DNA from: Haliotis cracherodii
Lineage: Eukaryota
Length of the DNA stretch: 64,000 bases
Reading direction: 5' to 3'
Assembly: GCF_022045235.1 (NCBI RefSeq)
Contig: NW_027266286.1
Span: forward strand, 14,446,001 to 14,510,000
Shown piece by piece: positions 50,905 to 63,118 of the stretch. A program made the translations under genes and the position numbers. Each line of letters begins with the position of its first letter. Positions within the stretch are counted from its first letter, which is position 1. A model generated the notes under the pieces. The model saw only the letters and a program-made list of their open reading frames with translations, had not been told where the DNA came from and did no database searches.

Positions 50905-52292
50905 GAGTGGCCGTCATCTTCTGCTACCTGTACCAGTGCCTATTCTTCTCCCCCTGCCTTGCCATCCATGGCCGTCGGGTTCACAGTAACAGACACTGCA
51001 TGACCTGCCTCAAAACCAAATCCAGAGCCGAACTCAGGAAAGATGGCGCCTCCACCTGTAGAGTGTTATGCTGTGGAGGCTCACCACCAACAAAAAGAGG
51101 TCAGGATGAACGCTTCTTTGAGACACTGCCACGAAAGTACCTGCCACGAATGTTGCTGAGTGTGTGGGGGAAGGTAATTGTGATTGTGCTATTCTTGGCC
51201 TACCTTGGAGTGTCAATATGGGGAACACTGAACTTCAAACAAGGTTTGATTCTGAAGAACCTGGTCTCCACAGATTCATACTATCATTCCTATAGTGAGA
51301 TATATGATGCATACTTCTCAAGTGCTTTCCCTGTCCCGTTTGTATTTGGCCCAACCACAAATTACACAGACAAGAATACTGTAGATAATATCGAGTCTCT
51401 GGTCAATAGTTCAAAAACAGACTCTGGAGTAGATGAGAATTCGCTCATTTGCTGGTTCAATTCATATAAATCAGCAACTGCTTATGATAACAGCAGCACC
51501 ACAGCTTTTGTATCGGGATTGAAAACATTTTTTACAACAACCACATTATTTGATAACGATGTTGTATTTGATGCAACTGATACTGATATCAAAGCTTCCC
51601 GATGTTACCTTTTATCAACAAATATTAAAGAATCCAATGCTCAATCTGATGTTATGGTTCGAATGCGAGCTCTGGCAGACAACTCACCTCTCTCTGTCTA
51701 CACCTTCCACCCAGCCTATATCTTCTTTGAGCAGTATGCTGCTATTCTACCCAGTACACTACAAACTGTTGGTCTGGCGCTGGTCGTCATGACTGTGGTC
51801 ACCTGCATCTTCCTTCCTCATCCTCTTCTGGTTTTCCTTGTCGTCCTGAACGTCGTTTCTATCCTCGTTGGCATCTTCGGATTCCTATATATGTGGGGAC
51901 TGAGTCTCAGCTCAGTGACAATGATCCATCTCATCATGTCTGTCGGCTTCTCGGTGGACTTCAGTGTGCACGTGTGCTCTGCCTATATGATTGGAGAAGG
52001 AAGAAACAGGAGAGAGAAAACCGAATCTGCCATTGTCCATGCAGCTGGTCCCATATTAAACGGTGGAATGTCATCCTTTCTGGGCATTCTAGTGCTTGTG
52101 TTTTCAAAGTCCTACATCTTCAACTCCTTCTTCAAGATCATGTTCACAGTGATCCTGTTCGGCATGCTGCATGCTGTGTTCCTCCTCCCTGTGATACTCT
52201 CCATCCTTGGCCCTGTAACCAAGCCTTTCATAAGTCCTGCGAGCTCACGCAGCAACAGCCGCCCACCATCACCTCCCATAGACTACATGTAA
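50905..52292 (+). CDS. Patched domain-containing protein, terminal coding exon (total CDS 2580 nt, 859 aa)
   Basis: Acceptor TTCACAG at 50904; YIFFEQY, IMSVGFSVDFSVH, FFKIMF..ILFGMLHAVFLLPVILS; stop TAA at 52290-52292. Confidence 0.95.
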
Positions 52293-53209
52293 CTAAGACC
52301 GCTGCTGGCACTGGTTCTTCTGAACATTATTGTATGAGTTCATTTCAGAATTAACATCTTAACAAATGTTAATAGGCATACACCTCAAGACATTATTTAC
52401 TGTCCTCCCCTAAACACACACACACAGCTACAATGAAATGTTGCTCTGATATCCAATGAGGTGTACATTCACAACACAAGTATTTGATAAAGAGATATAA
52501 TGTATTGACCTTGTAAATTATGTTAAAAACATAACCTCAGTAATAAAAAGAAAGAGTACATAACCTGAAAAATACATTTAAATAAAACAAGATATGCTGT
52601 AATAATACTTTGTAGTGTAGTGTAATATTTAGGTGACTCGAAGCCATATCGAGATATTCTTGAGATACATTTTATTGTCGGAATGCTGTAGTGATACGAG
52701 GTGTTAGTGTAAAGGTAAGCGTATCCTACCCCACCTATGGCAGAAACATGCAAAGGTAAGCCAGTTGTCATCTTCGTTGAAAGAGATTGCTCAATTGTAC
52801 CTCTATTGTACCAAAGACTGGAGCTGTTGGAATATTGCTCGACATAAAGGGACACAAATCTTACGGCACCATGTGGGATAACACTAGTCATACCAGTTGC
52901 GTTTTTAGTGGGGTTAGAACATGACATTTACCACTAAGTTCGATGCAATTTGAAGCCTGATTTCAGTGCAGTCCAAAAACACCCTTCCTGATTTGAATGT
53001 CAACTGAAATTCGTGGGGCATGTAATTATCCACCTGCACTCAGCCATCCCTAAAGCAAAGTACAAGAAATTGTCCAAGGTGACGATTTTTTTTGCTGATG
53101 AATAGTTCCTAATTGAGAAGCATACTGAGTGGAATTCCTGCAAGAAAGGTATTATCTGAACATCCATAATATTTTATGCATACTTTACAATTTTGAAAGT
53201 CTACAGATA

Positions 53210-53440
53210 TTTTGAAAGAGTACTATTCTTTAAAGGAGGCGAACTTTTCCTATATGTTGAGCAATGTTCCTGCAGCTCCAGCCCTTGGTGTCTTCATTTC
53301 ACAACTTTTTCACAACAATCGAGCATGCTCTTTGTACCAAGATTTCAAAGAGCGTCATATGACTCTTGCTCAGAAGCTGTTTGATCAAGGTTACAACATT
53401 CCAGGCCTCTGTAAAGCTTTCAAAATATATTTTACTGTTG
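53210..53440 (+). pseudogene. Penelope-like element RT C-terminal remnant (inverted related fragment at ~52800-52870)
   Basis: NFSYMLSNVPAAPALGVFISQL...RACSLYQDF...LAQKLFDQGY resembles the SSNIPAAPAYGVYISQL motif of invertebrate PLEs. Confidence 0.7.
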
Positions 53441-53536
53441 ACATGTGGACAATTAACTTGCCTTTGTATGTGTTTGTGATGAATAAAATAGTATGTTTTT
53501 CGATAAAATGCATTTCCCACTCTTTTATTAGCATAC

Positions 53537-53707
53537 TGAGTGTGAGTGAGTGAGTATGGTTTTACGACGCTTTTAACAATATTCAAGCAATATCACGGCG
53601 GGGGACACCAGTAATGGGCTTCACACATTGTACCCATGTCGGGAATCGAACCCGGGTCTTCGGCATGACGAGCGAACGCTTTAACCACTAGGCTACCCGA
53701 ACGCCCC
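53537..53707 (-). mobile_element. SINE family A
   Basis: Reverse complement of 10271-10442. Confidence 0.9.
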
Positions 53708-53787
53708 ATTAGCTTTTTGTGATCAATGTGACCCTAATTGCAACTTTTGTTTTGATGTGATCATTAGTTAACTGTAGTAATTATATT

Positions 53788-54030
53788 AGTTTGTTTGTTG
53801 TTTTACGCACCACTCAGCAATATTCCAGCAAAATGACGGCGGTCTGTAAATAATCGAGTCTGGACCAGACAATCCAGTGATTGATATCATGAGCATCGAT
53901 CCACTCAATTGGGATACGATGACATGCATCAACCAAGTCAGCAAGCCTGACCACCCGATCCCGTTAGTCGCCTCTTATGACGAGCATAGTTGCTTTTTAC
54001 AGGAAACATGGGTTGCTAAAGACCTATTAT
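53788..54030 (-). mobile_element. SINE family B (its 5' end probably resumes at ~54440-54465 after an insertion)
   Basis: Core and tail on the reverse strand; TTTCTACCCCGAATCCTCACGG at ~54441. Confidence 0.8.
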
Positions 54031-54290
54031 CGTCCAAAACTGGCTCCCACAGGAGATATCGATTGGGTGAGATCAAGCGATATCTACACTGTAGATATCG
54101 CTTCAATGTAATTGCATCACAATGCTTTGCAGACCCTTGTGACGTCATTGTTACCATGACGTCACAATCAAATGAGTTCACTAATGGCTCTGCTACTGAA
54201 GCTGTAAGCAGTACTTTTTGCACTTAAGATACTGCTAATTACTGTCTACAAACTGAAAAAGTGATGAAAAGAATGATGTTGGATGATTAA

Positions 54291-54440
54291 TAAAATCTCA
54301 CCCTCGTGTCTTTTGATATCAAATATATCAACACTCTTTGATAAAAGGGGGGGAAATCCTCGGCAAGCCTCGGAGTTTTCTCACTTTTATCAACTCGTGT
54401 TGATATATTTCATATCAAAAGACACGGGTGAGATTCTCTA
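54291..54440. mobile_element. Hairpin MITE-like element
   Basis: AATCTCACCCTCGTGTCTTTTGATATCAAATATATCAACAC...GTGTTGATATATTTCATATCAAAAGACACGGGTGAGATT. Confidence 0.7.
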
Positions 54441-54779
54441 TTTCTACCCCGAATCCTCACGGATTCACATTCACACAAGATTTGAAACACCCCTTTCAAC
54501 AACAGATTATTCACTAATAGCACAAGTTATATGTTCTACTCAAACGAGTCTTAATTCACATAATGCACTCATCTAACAATGCACACCAAATCGTTTAAAC
54601 CGTATAATTTTTTTCCCTTCTTTATTCATCTCAGCAGGTAGAGCATTTATATATACATGTCATGTCAATAAAGTTGTGGTACATAGTATTCAAGAAATGT
54701 ACATCTTTTCATGTATATAAATTCTTGCCTGTAAAGTCAACGTACTGTATCAGTGTGTCTTACAAATTAGTTTGTAAAC

Positions 54780-56010
54780 AAAGTGTGGAAGGAAGACCAG
54801 AAACTAAAAAAGTTTGCATAGTTACGATTTGTAAATGACATTAATCTGTAGCATTGTAATAACTAACAGTTATCCTTTCCTACAGTGTCTGTATATTACT
54901 TGTTTGTTATTAAAAGTACAATATTCAATGGGTTGTTGTGTTTTGCCTTGAAATCAAAACAAAACATTTTCTGTTTAAATCAATGGTTCCTTCCACATCG
55001 GATTTTATCCAAATGTACAGTTTCTCCAACATTTTTCTTACATGTTCACAATCATACAACATATTGATTAAAGTTTCAGGTTGATTTGTACAGAAAGTAC
55101 ACATAGGAGAATCAACATATCCAATTTTATATAGATATTTGTTTTTTGTAAGAATGTAGTGAATAATCTTAAACTGAAACCATCTTATATCCTCACTTTG
55201 AGTGCATCTTTTTACCATCAATATATGTTCTTGCCAATTTGTTTCACTAAATGTCTTATTTAGTATACTTTCCCATTTTTCAATACCATGAAATTTAATT
55301 AACTCCTGTGCTGATAAAGTCTCGTAAAAAAATTTACTACCTATATTTTGGTTAAGAAGATGTGATATATTGAGTGGCATGGTTGGTCGAGGAGATATAT
55401 AATTGAAAACTATGTATTCCTTTACCTTACAAAATTGTTTGACTGCATTTACAACTCCATAATAGTCTATATAATTTGTTGGGATTACATACACATGCAC
55501 AGAAGCATCAAATATATAAAATTTACCTTTGTCATCCACTAAATCCCCAATGAAGGTTACACCTCTGCTTGACCAATGTTTATAAAAGATTGGGATATTT
55601 CCTGTTTGTCTTCTGCTATTAAAACCATATAGATTGTCTCATAATATCTTGACCAGTTTTCAGTTTCGTTTTGGACAAGTCTGTTGCCCAAGCTTCCAAG
55701 AAATCATCCTTCCAAAATACATTCATGGTATTTGTAGCAATAAATACATCAACATAGGAGGCATCTGCCAACCATAATCTCTCTCTATTTGGAATACAGC
55801 AAGCAACTAACTCAGTCCATTTTGAGTGATAACAATATAATCTTCTGATCCATAAAAGTTTTTGTGCTGCAATCACATCCTCGATAATTGGCATGTTAAC
55901 TCCGCCATGTTTTGGGGGGTGAGGCATTATTTGTCTTTTCACTTTATCCAGTTTTCCCTTCCATACAAATTTAAAACATCTTTTCTGTATCAGTCACATC
56001 TTTTGGAGGG
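54780..56010 (-). pseudogene. L1/Tx1-clade LINE ORF2 C-terminal remnant
   Basis: FVWKGK..KVKR, GGVNMP, WIRRL, RWFQFKIIHYIL, CTFCTNQPETL..M.YDC (zf-RVT). Confidence 0.85.
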
Positions 56011-56152
56011 TAATAAACCACGCATAATAATAACACGCTTAGAATTATGTGGAGGGGAATGTCCGAGTAACTCTTCAGTCCTGAAAAATAATGGCGCAGA
56101 GGCCCATTATTTTTATGGAACGGAGAGTTACGAGGATCTTCCCCTATTTAAA

Positions 56153-56222
56153 GTGAGTGAGTGAGTATGGTTTTACGCCGCTTTTAGCAATATTCCAGCA
56201 ATATCACGGCGTTGGACACCAG
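56153..56222 (-). mobile_element. 5'-truncated SINE family A
   Basis: Tail only; 12-bp TSD CCCCTATTTAAA at 56141-56152 and 56223-56234. Confidence 0.85.
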
Positions 56223-56527
56223 CCCCTATTTAAAACACATCCCTACTTTTACACTTTGACAAAATATTTTCTCTTGTGGGAAATATTTGAAAAATAAACT
56301 AGAACTCTTTGTTGACTGGATTTTTCCTGTGAGTATGTCGCCCTTGCGTGGTGCACGAGGAATACGTTCTCTGTCGCTGTTGCACGTGCACCAAGCTCCG
56401 TCGCTAGCTGATATTTACAATGCATGGTTAAACGGCTCCTAATGATTTCGTGGGGTCCTAGACGAGTATTTTATCAATCGCTTGCACATTGTAAATATAC
56501 ACGCTGACAGGGATTATAGGAAATAGT

Positions 56528-56750
56528 CCAGCTATATGACGGCGGTCTGTAAATAATCGAGTCTGGACCAGACAATCCAGTGATCGATATCATGAGCATC
56601 GATCCACGCAATTGGGATCGATGACATGCTTCAACCAAGTCAGCGAGCCTGACCACCCGATCCCGGAGGTCGCCTCTTACGACAAGCATAGTCGCCTTTT
56701 ACGGCAAGCATGGGTTGCTGGTGACCTGTTCTACCCATGATCTTCAGGGT
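56528..56750 (-). mobile_element. SINE family B
   Basis: Reverse complement of the core. Confidence 0.87.
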
Positions 56751-57954
56751 TTCTAATTACTATGAATATGAACATTGCTAATAGGTAACCTGCCCTAACA
56801 CAACATTATATACATATGCATATTATTTTAGAGCTTTTAAGCATTATGCAAAATTATGAAAATATTTAATAGTTATTTTACACCATACCTTCATGTTTCG
56901 CCATAGCTGAGGTCTACAATCACATGTACACAAATCAAACGAGGCGGATTCGAACCCCGCTGGCGACACATGTTTTCCGACATAATTTGAAATCATTCAC
57001 TTGTCGAAATATTTTTTAAAAAGTTCCGTCAATTCCAAGTGGAAATTAATTGAAATGTTGATTCAAGATAATGTATACTTGACAAACAACTCTCCATTCC
57101 TGAAAAATAATGGAGCGTTTAAAACAATACAATGACGTCAAGGATGTGTTTGAATGAAGTGTCCACCACCGCTCGTTTTATGCCGCTATACGTGGGACAG
57201 AGAGTAACTGTGACTGCCCTCTCAATGGAGTGGCTTTATATTAAATACACTTCTAATATAGAGCGAGCTGTGGAACCTGCACAAAGTAAACAAAGTAATA
57301 ATATACAAGCTAATTTCATGAAAAATACAATTATCAGTCCCAAAAGCGTTTCAAACAATGTTCAAAGGAGAATTTGTGAAAACCTTCATCCACGTGAATC
57401 GATATGAAGGATCTGATATATTTGATATCTGATACAGTTTCTGGTCTACAGAAAAGAACATGCATATTAGAATCATAGTGTATAGTGTCGACACAGCTGA
57501 TGCTTGATATGATGATATCTGCATCTGATATGTTTTCATATATCCCTTTTGTGTAGATATGTTATTCATTGAATACTTTAGTGTGTGAGAGTTGAAATTT
57601 AACGTCGCATCAGCATTATTTCAGCCATAGAGCGACTATTGATTACTTTAAGTTGATTGTCATCGATGACATATATTGTCTTCACCGTCAACGTTCGAAT
57701 CGACAATGTGAACACTGCTGGGTTACAGCTACTACAACTTAACACTAATACATAACACAGAGAATAGGGATAAGTGCTCACCAAAGACTCGCATAATACA
57801 TTTTCTATTCCATATGTACAATATCTATTTACGAATGAGTGAGTGAGTGAGCTAAATGTTAAGACACATCGGCAGTAGTTTCAGCCATATCGTGACTTGA
57901 TTAATGTGTCATGTGAATTTTATTAGTGTAGCAGTCTAGACATCAGCAAAAGCA

Positions 57955-58500
57955 TCAGTAGTAGTAGTAGTAGGAGGAGGAGGAGTCGTAGCTGTAGTCG
58001 TAGTTCTAGTTCTAGTAGCAGTAGTAGCAGCAGCACTTGTAGCAGTAGCAGTAGTAGTAGTAGTCGTAGCTGTAGTCGTAGTTGTAGTTCTAGTAGCAGC
58101 AGCAATAGTAGCAGTAGTAGTAGTCGTAGCTGTAGTCGTAGTTGTAGTTCTAGTAGCAGCAGCAATAGTAGTAGTAGTAGTCGTAGCTGTAGTCGTAGTT
58201 GTAGTTCTAGTAGCAGCAGCAATTGTAGTAGTAGCAGTAGCAGTAGTAGTAGTAGTAGCTGTAGTCGTAGTTGTAGTTTTAGTAGCAGTAGTAGCAGCAG
58301 CAATAGTAGTAGTAGCAGTAGTAGTAGTCGTAGCTGTAGTCGTAGTTGTAGTTCTAGTAGCAGCAGCAATAGTAGTAGTAGTAGCAGTAGTAGTAGTAGC
58401 AGCAGCAATAGTAGTAGTAGCAGCAGTTGTAAAAGTATCAGTCGAAGCACCAGCAGCATTGGTAGCAGTCGTTGCCGCAACAGCAGCTGTAGTTGTAGTA
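57955..58500. repeat. Compound (TAG/CAG)n trinucleotide array with ~57-60-bp higher-order unit
   Basis: GTCGTAGCTGTAGTCGTAGTTGTAGTTCTAGTAGCAGCAGCAATAGTA recurs. Confidence 0.9.
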
Positions 58501-58626
58501 GGACAATGGCGAACTTGGGATACCGGAAGGCATATTTGTCCTATTGCGTTGTAGATGGAGGAGGAAGAGCGGTACAAGCAGTAGCAGTTGAAAGTTTAAG
58601 TGTGATCATGCAGTGAGTTACCTCCC

Positions 58627-58825
58627 AGGGAGGAAGCAGAGGTGGTGGTCATGAGTACGGGAGAGGAGTATGTGAAGAAGCAGAGGTGGTTGTCATGTGT
58701 ACGGGAGGAAGCAGAGGTGGTGGTCATGAGTATGGGAGAGGAGTATGGGAGGTAGTAGAGCTGGTCATGAGTACAGGAGAGGAAGAGTATGGGAGGAAGC
58801 TAAGGTGGTGGCCATGAGTACGGCA
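58627..58825. repeat. Degenerate GA-rich minisatellite
   Basis: GGGAGGAAGCAGAGGTGGTGGTCATGAGTACGGGAGAGGAGTAT variants. Confidence 0.7.
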
Positions 58826-59574
58826 GACTGAATGAGAATAAGATGTGTTTGTTTGTTTGTCACAATATTCCAGCTATATGACGGCGATGAATGAGAATAA
58901 GAGAGGGCAGTAGGAGGAACATTGAGGGAAAGGTATGAGTCTCAGTGGTAGTGTTGCTGATGGTGACAGTAGCGGCAGCACCTATAAAACAGCCCGCAAC
59001 TTGAGTAAATGCTGGACAGATTGCATTTGGAGGGTAAAAAGAATACTTTCTGGCAGTATTCTGATACTATGATTATGAAGTTCATTCCACTGTCAGTCGT
59101 TTCCATCTCAATTACAAATCAAAGCCCATCAATTTCCGAATTCTTTCTTTCGATTTGCTCACAATAGTGTTTCTCTCTGATGGTGAAGTGACCCATAGTG
59201 ACAAAATCCATTGCTGATGACGTGTCACACTGACTTTTGTTGTATCCTTAATGTGAATAACAGCTGTGATACGTATCTGTACGAGTGGGCTGGTTTGGGG
59301 ATATTATCATGCTAATGACACATTCTCTCTATTAATGTTAAACTGACGGCCTACAGAAACTATACCAAACACAGCTATTAAAAACAAAATAATTTCATTT
59401 TGAAGGCACACAAGCATGTGTTGGTATATGTTCAGAATTTTAACAGATAATTGTCACAGATAATGATGTCATTTATTGACGTCCGTTATGAAGGTGTGGT
59501 CAACTGTTTAATATTCGAGGAAGTAGACAGTGACCTCATACACAATAAACCTTGTCACCTTGAAATCGTGCAAA

Positions 59575-60250
59575 TCAGTCAAGATGTACTCCATTGGCGC
59601 TTAAACATGCTATAACATGACACAGTCAGGCAACTAATGAAGGCTGCTGGAATCTGGTGCAATTCCCCAACCCGTGCCTGAGCAAGGCCTTGTTTTGTGG
59701 GTGGAAGAACTAATCGTTCTCTGATCTGGCGATCCAGAAAGGCCTTGAGATGTTCTTTATGGGATTTTGGGTGATATCTTGGCAGCCAGGGCAAGACATT
59801 GATGTGTTTGGCATGCAGATGGTTGGTCATAATCCTTGCCGTGTGGGTTCTTGGGTTGTCTTGTTGAAACAGGCAGTTTGGGTCTTGCTTCATTAAAGGC
59901 AGAAAAACTGGATGAAGTACCTGATCTATACAGTGTTGGACAGTCGGATTGGCATCAAAAACTACCAGATCTGTTTTGACATCACAAGGGATTCCTCCAC
60001 TTACGATAACGTTACCGTCACCATACAACTAATCCTGATCACAACCACAAGCATCCTGTCCCCCTCCCCTGCCCCACCTTGTCATCAAGGTACTCTGATT
60101 CTCCCATCAATCCAAAACAGTTGAAGTGAAGTCTTTACAAGTTCCTGTTCTCATGTACAGCACGGGCCCATCTCAATCTCTGACATTGATGTTGGCATCT
60201 TAGGGCTACTCCACGACCTGGTCTTAACACCCGAATGCCATGCAGTCTCA
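59575..60250 (-). pseudogene. Degraded Tc1 transposase
   Basis: GGI, IDQVLHP, FQQDNPRTHTARI, VLPW, EHL. Confidence 0.8.
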
Positions 60251-62854
60251 ACCTCCTGGACCTTGTCCTGATGCTGGCTGGACGGATGTTTGCACCCTCA
60301 AGAATATTTATTCACAGTCTATTCACCAGCTGACCTAAGAACCCGACCCTACATCTCACCCTATACCGCGCAAGACTGGTCAACAACTAATAACATACCA
60401 ACTAGTAAAACAAAACAAATGGCAATGAGAATGGGAGAGGTATTGAGGAGATATACTCCCAGCTGGCACAATATGCGACGTCCGGAACATCACATGGAAC
60501 AGACACATCCATTAGACTGTCATTTTATTGAACTGAAGAAGACAAGTTATAATACCTGCATGGACAATGACTTGACAATGGAAGAACTTTATTGCACGCT
60601 TTGGGTAAACTCGTAATATACATGAGCAAAGTATGTGTCTCTCTTGAGATGAATAAAAATCAAAGAAGAGAGTGGCACAATCTCAAAATCACAATAAAGA
60701 AATAACTTCAGGTGAAAACATTTTGTACTAAATTTTGCAAAAGAATGAAATACACTGAAGACTGACAGATTGCACAAGATACTGAGTCAAACTCTGAGCA
60801 GACTGATAATCAACAAAATATCAACTGAAGAAAAGTATCAAGTATATGTAAACATGTATCACATGACTTCACAGAAAGAAAAAATGTTTAGACTGTCATT
60901 TTCGTCCAGACTAACAAGGTATAAACAATATAGCCAATAATCAGTTAAATAGTCACAAAGTGTAAACCATATCGTGAATAATCAGTTAAATCATTGGCAA
61001 TTTAAAGCAGCTCTCTGATCAAATTTCAGTAACTTACACTTGAGCCTACAGCATTACATATAGTAATATGGATAACCTGCCAGTACGTAGTCACACATGT
61101 CAAACAGCTTGTGTCCATGCTTGTCATTTCATCTACACCTGAACGAATACAGACTATGCCCATACTTCTAAAAAAAAAACAGACTTTCAGAACGGATGTA
61201 ACTAAATCCTGGTTATGCAAATGAATATCTGCAAAGGTAATTTTACATATGATTTCTCCTACTACCTTCCCTTATATGTGAACAATGGATTACCAGTAGA
61301 CTGACACTTAGTCTCTGAAAATATATCTTTGTGATAGAAACATCTTAATTGAAAAGACATCCCAGTGCAACAGCCAGGAGATTCAGAACCTGTGGAAAAT
61401 CTAGACTTGCTTTGTTTTTTATGTAGAATTAAAGTAAGGGCAGGGTGGAAGGGAAAACAGTTAAGGTTCAGGGACTGTGAGACAGACTATGCTACCAGGT
61501 GCTCTGACCTACGTACAATACTTCAGAAAATCTATCATAAAAATATACTTTTTTACATACTTAATACGATTTATTGTTACATTAATTATGGCTTGATTAA
61601 CTTGATCATGTTGATACTTGTTATAGGATTACACAATGCCATGATAAAAATGGAAATGAATGATTGTCATTCTAGAGGAGGATAAATTCTCTAACGAAAC
61701 ACTAATATCTGGCCATTCATATTAAAACATGTATGAAGGTTCATCCTGTCTGATTTGTCATGTTATTGTTTCATGATCAAATTGATAACATTTATTTTAT
61801 ACAAGCAGATTCAGATCTTCATTGGCATAAACAACACTTCAGACACTCAACAATATATACAAGTAACTCCCCAAACTTCCAAAGTTGAAGACAACACTCA
61901 ATATAGATAACAAATGGACTATTATGACTACTTCAACAAGCACAATGTCTTGTGCAGAGTACATTTCAGGTAAGACTTCATTAAGCCTGACCTCCATAAA
62001 CAAAGTTCAAATGTTAATAATTATAGGCGTTGGAGATTGTAAACCTGTAGTTTCCATATCAATTGTAGCTTCATGACTTACTGCCAGATAAATTTCTGTG
62101 ATTTACAGTTTTTGTGTTCAATCACTGAATTCATAATTGGCTGGTGGTTATTGCGACAGTTTGATACTGAAAATCTGAAACTCACTTTCTTGTGGAAATA
62201 TTGATGAAATGTTTTATGTAATGTTTCACAACAATGAAGTAAATGAAAAGACCAAACAAACGATGGTGATATGAGTATTTGCAATACAGTTCCAGAAGGG
62301 GAATCACAAAGAATATGTTTTAACAACCGCCCTTCTCTTACTTGAGTACTTAGACAATCAGTAGCTGTGGACTTGAAGTCACTGGCTACAGTAAAAGACA
62401 AACTTTCAATGTAATCAACTCAACAAATGCTTGTAAATCATAAATTTGTAAAAGATAACAATGACACAATTGTCTCAACTTACACTAGCTACAATCTGAA
62501 TAAACGTCTACAAGATCTACATCTCTAGCCTTGAAAGCACAGAGTAATACAAGCAACAGTAAAGTGGTAATGAAGTCTATCAAGATGAGCCAAGATACAA
62601 AATATGACATTTTCTCCTGTTTGATCTCTTCAAAGCATGTGTACAAATTTGCATATCATTTTCATAGATATATATCAATTTCATCCATGAAAATAGAAAA
62701 CCAGAACAATTCCTAGCAAAGGCAAATTCTCTGTCAGAAAAAAATGTAAACTTGATGTCATGGCCTCTGCCAAAATGTCTCATTCCAAAACATTGAAAAG
62801 ATACCATATTCTCTAAAGATAGAGAATATGAACACTGAGTATCAAATCCAAGAC

Positions 62855-63118
62855 CTATATGATGTTATACTCTGAGTTCTGAGGGGGCCGCCCCCACGTG
62901 ACGCTGCGACCTTGGCCGGAACAGCTGTGGGTGGGAGTGTAATTAGGTGGAGGTGGGGTTGCAGCATACACACGGCTGCCAGTGGCCTCGGCAAATGACT
63001 GACGGCGGAAGACTGGAGTACTGTTACTATCCATAGACGTTTGCTGTTTCATGAGTGAGTTGGCACGCAGTTGCTCCTCGCGTTGTTTCTGAAGTGTCTG
63101 ACGAAGAGTTCTACGTTT
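62855..63118 (-). CDS. Terminal coding exon of an unidentified gene (87 aa; upstream exons beyond the right edge)
   Basis: Acceptor TTATTTCTCCAG ending at 63119; phase-0 frame KRRTLRQTLQKQREEQLRANSLMKQQ...PPPPNY...SEYNII*; GC-rich relative to flanks; followed by an AT-rich, repeat-free putative 3'UTR with AATAAA at ~61570 and ~60590. Confidence 0.7.
   Translation of the reverse strand, partial: KRRTLRQTLQKQREEQLRANSLMKQQTSMDSNSTPVFRRQSFAEATGSRVYAATPPPPNYTPTHSCSGQGRSVTWGRPPQNSEYNII

Noticed and set aside
53095-53125. Hammerhead ribozyme beside the Penelope remnants
   Set aside because: CTGATGA is present, but there is no GAAA or closing stems
57923-58577. Mucin-like Thr-rich or poly-Leu protein
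   Set aside because: Two frames stay open simply because of trinucleotide composition; no signal peptide or clear splice sites; cannot be fully excluded without RNA data
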